Shown: positions 38,555 to 52,400 of the stretch, in pieces
Position numbering within the stretch: the first letter of the stretch is position 1
Layout: each line of letters opens with the position of its first letter
Source of the DNA: Lama guanicoe
Lineage: Eukaryota
DNA: 64,000 nucleotides
Direction of reading: 5' to 3'
Assembly (NCBI GenBank): GCA_013239625.1
Contig: MU054323.1
Coordinates: 7,553,220 to 7,617,219 of the forward strand
Program-made: the position numbers and the translations under genes
The notes under the pieces: model-generated
Seen by the model: only the letters and a program-made list of their open reading frames with translations
What the model was told of the DNA's origin: nothing
The model's database searches: none

Positions 38555-41500
38555 TCATTTCATCAAACTAAAAAGATTCTGCACAGCAAAGGAAATGACC
38601 AACAAAATGAAAAGGCAACCTACTGAATGGTTGAAAATATCTGCAAATCATATAGCTGATAAGGGGCTAATATATAAAATATATTAAGAACTCCTACAAC
38701 TCCACAGCACTGAAACAAACAATCTGATTAAAAACTGGGCAGAAGATCTCAATAGATATTTTTCTAAAGAAGAGGTACAGATGGCCAACAAGTACATGAA
38801 AAGATGCTTAGCATCACTAACCATCAGGAGATGCAAATCAAAACCACAATGAGCTATCACCTCACACCTGTCAGAATGGTTGTTATCAAAATGACAAGAG
38901 ATAACAAGTGTTGGTGAGGATGCATGGAAGAGGGAACAATCCTGCCCTGTTGGTGGAAATGTGTAAATTGGTGCAGCCACTATGGAAAACAGTATGGAGT
39001 TTCCTAAAAAGATTTTAAATAGAACTACCATACAATCCAGCAATTCCACTTACTGGTATTTATCGAAAGAAAACAAAAACACCAACTTGGATATATGCAC
39101 CCCTAAATTCATTGCAGCATTATTTATGACCAAGATGTGGAAGCAACATAAGCATCCATTGATGCATGAATGGATAAAGAAATTTTATAAATGACATGGA
39201 GGAAACATAAGTGCATATTACTGAAAGAAGCTAATCTGAAAAGGCTACATACAGTATGATTCTAACTACACGACATTCTGGAAATGGCAAAACAATGGAG
39301 ACAATAAAAAGATCAGTGTTTGCTAGGGGATGGGGGGAGAGGGATGAATAGGTAGAGCACGCAGGAGTTTTAGGGCAGTGTAAGCATTCTGTGCCATACT
39401 CTAATGGTGGCTACATGTCATTATACATTTGTCAAAACCCATAGAAGTTACAACACTATCGTAAACTATGGACTTTGGGTGATAATGATGTATCAATGTA
39501 AATTAATTGATTTTAACAAATATACCACCCTGGTGTGGGATGTTGGTAGTCAGGGAGTTTGTATGTGTATGTTAATTCTCTGTACTTTCCCTTCAATTTT
39601 GCTATAAACCTAATATTGCTCTAAAAAAAAGTTTATGGAAAAAACACATGAATCAAAACTGAAAGAATTGCAAGAAGGAGAGACGTTTACCACTATAATT
39701 GAAGATTTCAGTATTCCTCTCTCAATGATTGATAGAACAAGTAGACAGAAAAATCAGTAAAAATGTGGAAGACACAGACAACTTTATCAACCAAATTGAC
39801 TTAATTGACATTTGTGGTGCTCTACCCCAATGGTAGCAGAATACACATTTTCCTTTTCAAAATAACACAGAATGTTATAGGCCATATCACAAATCCTATT
39901 ACATTTAGAAGGATTCAAGTCACACAAAGTATGTTCTCTGACTACAATGAAGTTAAAATAGAAATCGATAAGAGACTGATATCTGAAAAGTCTTCAGATG
40001 TTTGGAAACAAGATAATACATTTCTAAATCACACATGAGTCAAAGAAGAAATCAAAATCAAAATTAGAAAGTATTTTGAACTGCAGAGAAATAAAACAAC
40101 ATATCAGAATTATTGGGATGCTACTAAAGCAGTACTTACGGGGAAATTTATAGTGCTAAACACATGATGAAAAAAGAAAGTTCTCAAAGTAGTGACATCA
40201 GCTTCCATATTAAGACATTATACAAAAAAAGAACAAATTAAGCCTAAAATAAGCAAACAAGATGAAACATAATAATAAGTATCAGAATGGAAATCAATGA
40301 AATAGAAAACAGAAAACCAATAGAGAAAATCAATGAATCCAAAGCTGGTTTAATAGTCTGAAGTCAATCAAAGTAATTCGTCATATTAGTAAGCTAAAAA
40401 AGAAAAGTATATCAAAACGATAGATGCAGAAGCTTTTGACAAAATTCAACATCCATTTCTGATTAAAAAGCAAAACAAGGAACTCTCAGCAGGTAATAGA
40501 TGGGAATGTCCTCAGCCTGTGCAAAGGCATGCAGGAAAAACTTTCAGCTAACATCATACTTAATATGAAATACAAAATGCTTTCTCAGTAAGATCAATAA
40601 CAAGGATTTCCACTCTCACCACATCTATTCTACATTGTACTAGAGGTTCTAGCCAGTGCAGTCAGGTAAGAAAAAGAAAAGCTATTCAGAATAAAACTTT
40701 TTGTCTTTGGAGATAACATTCATCTGTAATCCGACAGAATGTACAAAGAAGCTACTAAAACTAATAAGTGAGTTTAGCAAGGTAGAATACACAATCAGTA
40801 TAAAAATACAAATTCAATGTTTTTCATCAGTTATCACTTCATCATATGTATTAATTGATGCTCAAAATTGTGTTTAACTTTTAACTTGAAAAAAATTTAA
40901 CTGTCACAATATCATTAAAATTTTTTTAAATGTAGGGTTAAATCTGACAAACAATGTAAAAGACATTTACTGGAACCTACAAGATATTACTGAGACAAAC
41001 TAAAGAATATATAAATAAGTGGAATGATGGATTGATGGCAAAATACTGTTATGATCTCAATTCTCTCCAAATTGATGTATACCTTAAACACAATCCCAAT
41101 CAAAAGACTCTTTTTATAGAAACTGACAACTAATTCTATAATTCATATGGAAAACAAAGGACCTAAAATAGCCTAATCAACTCTGAAAAGGAAAAAATGA
41201 AGTTGGAGGACTAACACTACCTGATTTTGAGACATTTATAAAGCTACAGTAATTAAAACAGTGTGGTATTGGTGGAAAGATTTATAAATAAATCACTGGA
41301 CTGCAGAAGCAAGTCCAGAAATAGACTCACACATATGGACAACTGACTTTCAACAGAGGTATAGAAGTCACTCAGTGTGTCACTTAATGACACATGAAAC
41401 AATTGGGTATCAATAGGGAAAGAGAGAAATTTTGATCTGAACGTCTCACCTCATACAACAATTAACTCAAAATGGGTCATAGACCTGAATGTAAAACCGA

Positions 41501-42600
41501 AACTACAAAGCTTCTTGAAGAAAAATTTTAGTAAATCCTTGTGAACTTGTGTTTAGCAAAAAATTCTTAGAAATGACACCAAAAATACAACCGATAGAAG
41601 GAGAACTTGATCAACTTCATCCAAAAGCTTTGAAATCTGTTTTTCCAAAAACAGTTCAGAAAATGAAAAGGCAAACCACACTAACTGGGAGAAAATATTT
41701 GCAAAGCATGCGCTTTATTGAGTATCAGAATAGAGCAAGAACTCTCAACACTTAAGAGTAAACACAAATTTGAAAACTGGGCCAAAGATGGGAACTGATA
41801 TTTCACGGGAAAAGGTGCATGGATGACAAATAAGCACATGAAAAGATGTTCCACAACAGTAGTCATAGAGAGATAACACTACCCACTTACCAAAATGGCT
41901 AAAGTTGAAAACGCTGACCCAAATGTGATGAGGATGTGATGAGGAACTAGATCTCTCCTACCATTGGTGGGAATTTTAAAAGTACTGCAGTCCCCTTGGA
42001 AGACAGTTTTGCCGTTGCTCAGAAAGGTAAACATACACCTACCATATTATCCTGCAGTTCCACTCCCAGGGATTTGCCCAGGAGAAATGAAAGCATATGT
42101 CCACACCAAGAGTTGTACACAAGTGTTCATAGCAGCTATATCTGTAATAGCCAAAGACTAGAAACAACTCAAACGTCCACTGAGGGGAATGGATAAACAA
42201 ACTAGTATATCCATACAACAGCACCCTGGTCAGCAATAAACAGGAATGAACTCCTCATACAGGTGACAACACAGATAAGTGTCAAACAACTGTGCTGAGT
42301 GAAGGAAACCAGGCAACAAAAAGTACATACTGTATGATTCCATTTCTATAACATTCTTAGAAATGCAAACTAATCTGAAGTGACAGAAAGATTACTGGTT
42401 GCCTGGGGATAGTGTCAGACAGGGTCCAAGGGACCTCAAAGAAGCACAGAGAAATTATGGAGGTGACAGCTGTGTTCCTTATCTTGATTGTGGTGGTAAA
42501 ATATGTCAACATTTATCACACTGTATGCTTTAAAATGTACAGTTGGTTACATATCAGTCATAATTTAATAGAACTGCTAAAAAAATTTAAACAATAGAAG
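38555..42600 (+). mobile_element. Block of L1 fragments (ORF2 end ~38555-39190; L1MC-like 3' end ~39190-39640; long decayed ORF2 to 3' UTR ~39650-42600)
   Basis: Short ORFs show L1 ORF2 peptides ([11 protein letters not shown]...KRQPTEW; SMFSDYNEVKIEI; HLPYYPAVPLPGI). Confidence 0.9.
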
Positions 42601-42855
42601 AACTAGGAAAAAAGCAGGAATTAATTTTTTTTATAAACAATGTATTGTTAAAGGACTTCTTAATCATGTCATGAAAACAAAAATCTTAAAGGAAAATGAT
42701 CAATTTAATTACAGAAAGTTTAAAATTTTCTGTATGGCAAAAGACTATAAACAAAAATGGGGAACATTAAAAACTAGGAAAATTATGTGCAACACACACT
42801 GCAGAAGATTAATGGCCTTATTCTAAGAAGAACACTGAGTAAAAAATGGAACACT

Positions 42856-43002
42856 CTAAGCTACAAGGATGTATTATACAGGACAGGGGATACAGCCAAT
42901 ATTTTGTAATAACTTTAAATGAAATATAATCTATACAAATTTTGAATCACTTTGTTGTACACCTAATACATTCTAAATCAACTGTATCTCAATTAAAAAA
43001 AA
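42856..43002 (+). mobile_element. Short L1 3' end
   Basis: acaaggatgtattatacaggacaggggatacagccaatattttgtaataac, followed by an A tail. Confidence 0.8.
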
Positions 43003-43649
43003 TTTAAGTGCAACACTCCCATAGGAAACCTGACAAAAATCCTGTTGAGTTAATTCACAAAGACACAGAAATAACTCATTTAGAGAGGTGTTTGGTTGAC
43101 TTCACTAAAATTTTTTAAAGTGCAAATTTAAAAATGAAATATCTCTTTGCCTCTGAGATCAGCAAAGACGTCCACTGCAAGAACTCTACTCTTCAATGGA
43201 ATTGCTTACTATGTTGGAGGAGGATGGTTAATGGTTTTTCTTATTTTTAAAAGGTGTTTGCTTCTTGTTGACATCAATTCCTGGTGACCTTCAGCTCTGA
43301 TGCTTCATTCTGGGTTCCTGGCTGTACTACTTGGACCAGTCTGGGTTCTTGGTTGTCCTTGGTTCCATTCTCAGCTATAACTTCTTAGGTCCAAGGAGAT
43401 TTAGTTCTGAGTCTTTGCACAGGCTGGTCTCCAAGAACTTTGCTTTCTTCAAAGATACATAGGTTTTCTAAGATCATCGCTAGTTTCTCTAATGCTACAG
43501 GGTTTTTCTTAAGTCCACTGGTGGAACTTAGTTTCTTCTATTTCTTTAAATAAAACCTTTTTAAAATTAACCTTCTCAGGTTGCTCTGAAAAGAAAATGT
43601 CACACAAGTTTTATTTTTCTATCCACTTTGAGTATCCTTTGTTTTTGTT

Positions 43650-45008
43650 TTCTATTGTGGTAAAATATACATAGTGTACCATTTTAGCCATTCTTAAGGG
43701 CACAGTTTTAAGTGTACAGTGGCATTAAGTACATTCACATTGTTGTGCAACCATCACTACCACCCATCTGCAGAACTCAAACACTAACTCTCTATTCCAT
43801 TTACCCCTATTCTAAGGCAGCCATCATTCTACCATCATTTCTGCCTCTAGGAATTTGACTATTCTAGGTACCACATATAAGTGGAATCATATGGTATTTG
43901 TTCTTTTTTATCTGTCATTTCACTCAGCATAATGTCCTCAAGGTTCATCCATGTTGTAGCATGTGTCAGGATTTCATTCCTTTTTAAGGCTGAATAATAT
44001 CCCATCATATGTATATACCACATTGTTCATCCACTAGAGTTGTTTCACCTATTATGAATAACGTTGCTATGAACATTGGTGTACAAATATGTTCGAGTTC
44101 CTGCTTTCACTTTTTGGGGGGTACATATCCAGAAATGAAATTGCTGGATCATAGTGTATTTCCGCTTAACTGTTTGAGAAACAATAGTAGTTTTCCACAG
44201 TGGTCGCATCTATTTACAATTCCACCAGCAATGCACAAGGATTCAAATTTCTCTACAGCCTTGCCAACATTGTTATTTTCCTGTTTTTTGATAATATAGT
44301 TATCCTAACGTGTGTGAAGTCGTATCTTGTGGTTTTGGTTTGCATTTCCCTAGTGAGATTAGTGATGTTGAATATCTCTTCATGTGCCTATTGGCCACCT
44401 GTACGTATCTTGTTCGGAGATCTATTCAGGTCCTTCAATCAAGTCCTTTATTCAAGTACTTTTTAAATCAGTTGTTCTTTTGTTGTTGGGGTGTAGAAGT
44501 TCCTTATATATTCTGAATATTGATTTCTTATCAAATATATGATTTACAAATATTTTCTCCCATTCTGTACGTTGTCTCTCCACTGTTGATAATGCCCTTT
44601 GATACATGTTTTTAATTTTTAATGAAATCCAATTTTTCTTTTGTTGCTTGTGCTTTTGGCATCATATCTAAGAAATCATTCGCAAATCCAATCATGAAGA
44701 TTTCTTGTTTTTAGAAGTTTTATAGTTCTGGTTTTTAATGTTTAGGGCTTTGATCCATTTTGAGTTAATTTTTGTATGTGGTATAGAAGATGGGTCCAAT
44801 TTCATTCTCTTGCATGTGGGTATCAAATTTTCCCAACGTTTATTGAAAAGACTGCCCTTTCTTCATTGGCCTGTGTTGGCACCCTTGTCAAAAATCATTT
44901 GACCAGATATCTGAGGGTTCATTTCTGGTCTCTCAGTTGTATTCCATTTGCCCATATGTCTGACTTTATGCCATTACCACACTGTTTTGACTACTGTAGC
45001 TTTGCAGT
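43650..45008 (-). mobile_element. L1MB-like ORF2 end and 3' UTR
   Basis: attgtggtaaaatatacat...tttgatccattttgagttaatttttg...tttgactactgtagctttg. Confidence 0.9.
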
Positions 45009-45252
45009 CTGGATTTCCTTTTCCTTTTTGAAATACACACACTATTTATGTCTCATATTGAGTTCTTTAACTCCCTCTGGTTGTTGCCGGAAGAGACTGG
45101 CACTCTCTGAAGTACTCCAATTTAGCCAGGACCCAGGAACAATTGTGCAATCAGGTAAAGGGGATGTAGAAGCAAGCAGGTAAATCATTCAATATGGTGT
45201 CCGGTTTCTTTGGAAAAGAAAAGGCACAGTCGCTAGGGTAAAACTGTATGCC

Positions 45253-45258
45253 TTTATT
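45253..45258 (-). terminator. Candidate distal polyadenylation signal AATAAA for ASXL2
   Basis: tttatt on + strand; the minus-strand sequence downstream is U/GU-rich (ctgtgccttttcttttcc). Confidence 0.55.
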
Positions 45259-48200
45259 CAACATAAAATGAGTCATTAAGATAAAATACAGTTTGTCCAT
45301 GTGCAGAAACATTATTATACATTCAATTCTGAAGGTAGTTTTATACGACCAATAAAAGGAACACTCTAAAAGTGGGAAGGATAAAGAGTGAAAAGGAGCT
45401 AAAAGGCAGAGCTTTATCTGTCAAAGTGCTAAGGCCTATGTGTACAAAGATTTTAGTGAATAAGACTGACCTAAGGTCATTTCTTCCATTCTGATTTCTC
45501 TTGGTGCTGGTGAAAAGTCTCAAGGTGTGATGCAATGAGTCACAGAACTAAGATGGGCTTTTTTTTTTTTTAAATAGGTCATAGCACTTATGGCTGAAAG
45601 TTTTTAATTTCTAGAGTTTCAGTTGTCATGTACTTTACATATTTCATGGGTTCTAGAAATTTCATGACTTCCCTAAGAACAAACTTGCTCTTTAATCAGT
45701 AGTTTATTATCAGAGAACAATTATCAGGTCCTCCCCAGCCCAGAATCTCTCTCTCTATGCAACAAACAGGGGACCAAATTTGAGACTCTGGAAGAGTTTC
45801 ATTAATTTAAATCTTGTTCAAAGTGACTACATATAGGTTAAACTGGGGTCACTACTGAAGTCTTCAAATTGCTATAGCTGAAAACCTAAAATGAAAAGAA
45901 TTACTGACTTAGGGTCAAAGTCTAACTCCATCATTTCCCAGCTTTAGGTCCCTGAAAACATTAAACACCGGTTTTCAAAAAGAACTGACCCAAGAAATGT
46001 AAAATTTTATGTACCACACTTTCCATAGGAAGGACACGGACTGTGTAAATAACAGTTCTAAAGTATCTTCAGATATTTTGGTAACATTTAATGCATTGCT
46101 TTCTTATTGGGCTAATCTGAATTTTAAATATTTAAGTATTTAAAAAAGAGGATCCATGATTAAAGTTAATAAAAGTGTCGACTCAAGTTGTTTTAACATA
46201 GTCTTTATGAGCCAACATCTGCATCACTTGGACACAGATGAACAACCCTAAATCCTGATCAGTGGCAAAAGTTACCTCTAGATATAGTTCAATAGGAAAC
46301 CATTACTTAGCCCACAAAATGTCTTAAATCAAATTCCATGTTCCACTCATGGCAATTCATTATGTTATGGGAACACAAAACCTTGAAAAAAAAATCAGTA
46401 AAGGCATAATTCCAAGTTCACTCAAATCTGATCTTGGATTTACCTTTTTTCTCCCCTACGCATTCTCTAGGTTTTGCAGTCAAGGTGAAAAATTAGGATT
46501 TAAAAAATTCCTTTTAGTTTCTTTAGAGCTTGAAGAACCAGGAAAGTCAAGTTTGCAGTTATTCTTCAGGAGAACCCACTATCTAGTCACAGCCCATCTC
46601 CAGAGCTGATCATCTTTCTTCCTGGTTTAGTATGTCCTTTCTGTTGTAAGGAACTTTTTGTAGGGATTCCCTTTTTAGGTTAAGACGTTAAGCTACACAG
46701 AGATACAGATTTCTTAGTTTATAAGGTGCCTATGAAAGAAACCCAATCTTCTGTTTAAAACCCAATCTTCTGTTTAATGTTGCTAAGTATTAGGAAAATA
46801 TAGGATATCCACCCTCCTACCTCCTGGACAGAGTTGAGACTATATTTATGTGGTGGAATATACCTTTTTGACTGAAAGGTGAGCATGGATATTTTGGAAT
46901 ACAGAATTCTAGTTGCAAATCTAATAATACAGGTAAAGAAAATTTAAGAATAAGCACTGACAAAATATGATTTATCCTTTTAAAACCTTTCTACCAGAAA
47001 GTCTTAAAAGAATTAGGATTTAAGCCACTTAATAGAGGCTTTACTGTCTTGCTGACACCTCTTAATTAAAGTCCTGTGACTTAGAAATAGGAAAAAAAAT
47101 CCAATCCTATAAAAATAAAAAACACTAATTCTATCCATTATGAAGAAAACACAGATGAAATCTCCCTAATAATTTCAGATGAATGCACTTCCTTCTTGCC
47201 AGTCTGTAAGATGAAAATCAAGGTTCTTTTTAAAATTCCCTTTAGCTTATTTCGGGTTTGACAGGAAAGCTGCATTATTTTCCATAGTTATTTGAAAGGG
47301 TTAGTTGAAATAAGATGAAGCATCTTTACTGACATACTGAACAGAATTAAAAGGGATTGCTTTCAGCCTGATTTTCTCAATTTGGCTGTCACTTAGAGAC
47401 TTCCTGAAATTTCTATTAATAACTCTAGATCGTCCAATGATAGTTCTCAAAAACGTAAGTTTTATTAACGAGTCTCCTCACTTCCATTTACTTCATCTCT
47501 GGGCAACGCCTTTCCTTTCTTTCCTCATGTTTTGCCACTGTGTTTTGCCCAATGCCTCAAATGCTTCTATTTCATAGCCCATTTACTCTTAAACCTCCAA
47601 CGTCTTGGGAAATAACGTAGCATATATTACTCCTTGAGCTCTGAACTAGAAACACGCTTTATGGTTACTACTTTAGGAAGACCTTTTACAACTTACATGA
47701 CTGCTTTTCTTTAACCTTGCTTAACCAGAACTTTAGCACAGTGCTTAGCACACAGGTGTTCAAAAGATATTTGAATTAGTGAATAACATGATTTGTGTAC
47801 AAAAACAACTAGAAACATTATCTGAAATTTGATTTATGAAGACCACTCTTAGTCAAGTAGTGTTAAAAGCAACAAACACAGGTTTCTAAAATTCTGTGAT
47901 GTAAACAAAGGGAAGCTGGGGATCCAAGAAGCTATGTTCTGGTATATTGCTCTGTCTCACTCAACTGTAGTCCAGTTATACCTTTAGGGTCCTATATCAT
48001 TACCTGAATATGAATTTTACTTTCCGTGAGGTAGGAGTAAACAACAGTATGCACTAGAAATTGGGGCTGGGGTCGGGAGGAGAGTTACAATCTAAACTAG
48101 TACAATCTGGTATGTACTAGAAATTTGTAAATGTTCATCATGGTCTGGTTCACACACATTTAAGTATTTCACCTTCATTCATATCTACCATATATGGGAA

Positions 48201-49319
48201 TTATGAGGATAAAGATGCTCCCTGAGACTTGAAATTTTTCCTTTAGAAATAGGTGTATTTTCAGCAAAGATTTAGTGCTGTTCTCTTAGATGTCTAACCT
48301 ATCTTCAGTGTCTTTGGGCAACCCTATATTTGAATTCTCTTTTTGAAAAATAATAAGGCTGCCTTTTAAAAAGCTTTCTATGTATCCTTATTTCCAAAAA
48401 TTGTTATTTTTATCAGTGAAAATAACCACAGCTGAGCAATTATGGGGAGAACCAGTTTACAACTAAAAGTGTTAGAAGGTCATTAAGATACATTCTTCAA
48501 ACTCCAATAGTATTTCCTTTTAGGTCACCAATAAAGTTGTATGTTAATCATTTTTAAAGAATGGGCTATATACCTTTATTTACAGACTCTCTAGGTATTC
48601 TTTTGCTCCCTCAATCATATCTTAAAACCAAATATTTACAACCACAAAATAGCTTCTCTTGGACAGCAGGATTCCAGATTATCTCTAGGTATGGTTAACC
48701 TCTGCTAGTGTTTGGCTCAGTCCTCATTACCATAAATGCCCTTCCTGACAACAGGGAGATCAACATTCAAGTTCTCCTAGCCCTTTTATCTCCAGATCCA
48801 TCAGGAAGAATATAAAACTGGCTATGAAACTCACTTCTCAGAGAAGGGAAAAAGAAAAAAAGTTCTATTATCTTCACATAAACCCTGTGGTCTGGAAGGT
48901 GGTGGCAGTGACTTGTTTGCTAATGAATTATTAACCACTGTGGAGAAAGGAAAACCTATTTTTCCCCCGAGACATTTTCTTACCATTCTTTTAGAAGCAA
49001 ACAATGGGCACATTAAAAGAGAATGCACTTCGTTCTATTTTGTTGGCTTTACTTTCCCAGAAACATTAGGTGGTTAGGAGACAGAACAGTTCAAGGGTGA
49101 AAGCAGAGACTAACAGATGAGGAGAACTGAATATTTTCACTAGAGTTTTGAAAGAAACACACTACCCTGATTTGTTTATCACCAAATTCCTCATTTTACT
49201 ATCTTTTATGCAACCTGTTGGTGATCGTCCAATAGTAGTATAAGGCAACAACTGGGGGCCCTTACCCACCACTCTCACATGTATGTCAGACCTCAAGATG
49301 CATCAAAAACTCCAAGGTT

Positions 49320-49408
49320 TTTATTTTCACTTTAATTATCTTTTACTTAATAATAAAATGAAAAATAAGAATATATGAATACATACAATCTATATACATA
49401 TATTTATT
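49320..49408 (-). terminator. Candidate proximal polyadenylation signals (AATAAA at 49408-49403 and 49325-49320)
   Basis: Two tttatt hexamers on + within a very AU-rich block. Confidence 0.4.
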
Positions 49409-52400
49409 GCAAATACTTAAAATTCTTATGTAAAATGATTTTTCTATATTTGTGAAAAAATATGACTTTTTAAATGGTGTTGACACCAACTTCTCTGTAC
49501 ATACCCTCAATTCCAATGTTAACAATTCCTTTAAAAAGGCAAAAGACACAAAAGTTTAGCATTTACCAAACCAGTCTGTACAAACCTTATAGCCAGAAGG
49601 AAAAATAATAGCTTGTGGTAAATAAGTCAATTTTCTTTTAAAATAAAAAATAAACTCCAAAACTATTCCCCTTATTGCATTTTTTTTTTTTTTGGAAATA
49701 ATCTGAGTGTCTTTAGAGTAACTTCCTTTGAAATAATTTGTGCCTTAACAGTGAGGTCCTACATTAAACATACCATACATGAGAAATTCAAAGTCTTCCA
49801 CTGTCGCTTTTTACATAGATATTAAAATATATATTACTTAAAATATATTACTGGAAAGCTATTTTTAAAATTGATCTTTAATAGTTGTATCAAATGTAAA
49901 GCATTAAAAAAAATAAAGTAACCAAGAATCTATGAAGCTCTTACTTCAACTTTAGGAACTGTTGCACCTATTGCTCTTCCAATAGGTTACGTAGGTACTG
50001 AAACACAATAGGAAAGATCCCTGCCTATCATCATGTTTCTCAGTCTCTTTGGACTACTTTGTAAGTTGAGCTGAAAACTACCCTTGGTCAAGTCTTGTTT
50101 TACTTAGCACATTGTTGTAATGCAGTGGAGAGACTTTCCTCTCCTTTTGCTGTGAAGTGAAACCTCTAAGTCACAGAGAAAACAACCCTGGTACTGCTCA
50201 CTGACAGTGAGCTCTAGAAATAAATAGCAATGTAATGACCAGAGAAGACCCCCTCAGTATAACAAATAATTTCACCCAAGAACTCTTTAAGGACTTGTAG
50301 GTGAAGAAAGGCAATGAGAGCAATTAGGATGGTAAACGGTCAGATTATTAATATGTATAAACTTATACCTTCACCTGGAAGGCAATGAGGTCTTCCTTTG
50401 GCTATTTAATCCTGTGATAACTCCTAAAATATCTGCACCGTGCGCCTTCCCAGCCCATGTTAGTATGCTTCCCCTACCCCAAGAAAAATTTCCCATCTGC
50501 CAGATCTTATTCTTAAAAATGGTACATGGGGTACCACACACAGACAGCTTCAGTATCTTCAACACAGGGGTTAAAGTAGGGCGAATAACAACTCCAGGTT
50601 ATCTGGTTTTATTTTCTGTTTACTAGGATGGAGAATTTTAACAAAAATTCTTTAAGATTCAGGAAGCCTTCTTCACTAGACAACTTGGAAGATTCGTGAG
50701 ACTGAGATGATGTATCCTTAATGCTGTCTCCCCAAGGGGACCTGCAGTGGAAGGTCTGAAGGCTTGAGAAGCGCACCCTGGAGGCATAAGCATCAGGCAT
50801 GATGCCTGAGTAGTCACTGGAAATCGTGCAACGTAATACCATAAAAATATGCCTAGCACTTATTAGACACATTTCTGATTGAATTGAAAGGTAAAGTAAC
50901 TGAAAACCTACGATAAAGACTGCTTTAAAGGTACTAGAATATCATATTCTAATAATTCAAAGGTTTTCTTACTCCTATTACATCATTTTCAAAAAGGCCA
51001 GATTATAATTTTCCTTTTTTCTGTTCAGCTCAGTCAGCACATAAGATGACCTTCTCCATGAAACCACTGTTTTGAAACAAATTGATAAATGGATTGTATT
51101 CAATTTTCTACCAAACTAAGAGAATCTATCTCTTTTTCAGTCAAGATTGACCCATGTACCAAGTTGAAAATTTTGGGGGGGGGCACTCATAACTGTGAAT
51201 ATTTTATTAGCTAGGTACTATTTGTTAAGAGAATCTGGTGAACAGTAATACTTAGGTCATATCTGCAAGAGCCTGGGTCAAGATGAATAGGCACGATGTG
51301 GTTTGTTCTCTAAATGGACTTGAAAATCCCTGATGCCTTTCCTCCTTTCCTCGTTAGTCTGTCCATCCTCAGATTAAGAGAACCATGGAGGAGAGACTTT
51401 CTATGATAGGAAAGATGTGAAGAAAATCATTTTGAAAATCCAAATTGGTAATTAGTGTTTAGCATGGGGTTCTGAAACAGCCAACCACTTTTCGCAGGCA
51501 GACCATCCCAGTCCTGCCACTAAAGTGGGGAGTGAAGAAGCTGGGAATGGAGTTTTAACCAGCAACAGGTCTTTTTAACACCCCTCTGGATTACTCAGGG
51601 CACTGAAAGCTTGGGAACGGAACCATGGTTTCTGAGGTTACTGGCTGGAGAACTTTTCTCCTTACCCTGGACCCTTGCAGACCCTTGCATCTCTTAGCTA
51701 TGTGTGTGCCGGAGGGAAAAGGGAATTTATTAGAAGGACATCAAATTATCTTGGCTGAAACTGAAACACAGCTATTAATCCTATCTTTGCCTTGGCCCAC
51801 AAAAAAGCCGAGGAACAAGAAATAAAAAATAGTAAATAGTTCTCATAGGTCTGAAAGTATTGGAAAGAACAAAACAGAACAGTGTACGTATAATGCAGGA
51901 GGTGAGGCAGGGAGGGGTGGGTGGGTAGCAGAACGGGGGCAAAGCAAAGATCGTTACTGCCTACTTTCCCCTATCTGGAATGTGACTTAATTAACGAGTT
52001 TAAATTGTTCTGCATTTTGTAAATATCACGTCCTGACTATTAAGTACAACCACAGCTGTACTAGGACGCACTAATACACGTCCTTTACACACCTGAAATA
52101 CGGAGATTTCAGACTGATTTGCAAATAATGCACACTGACAACCCTCCACTTTAAATACCAAATTCTAGTGAATTGTAGATTTATTTTAAATGTTCTCTAA
52201 TCATGACCTAAATATATGTACTCAAAAATTCTTCAGTCACTAGACAGGATTGAAAAACCAACAAAAAAGGAAACAAAAAGAATAAACAAAAACAAACAAC
52301 AACAAGAATTTGGAGCTGATTTCTCTTCCTTTCTAGATGTTCCCTTGGCCATTCACTAAAGCCCCCTTACGTTAGAAATTTCTGGTGCGTATACAGCAGT

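Noticed and set aside
38469..42236. ORFs with reverse-transcriptase or endonuclease-like peptides
   Set aside because: Fragmented, frameshifted L1 ORF2 remnants; no intact element
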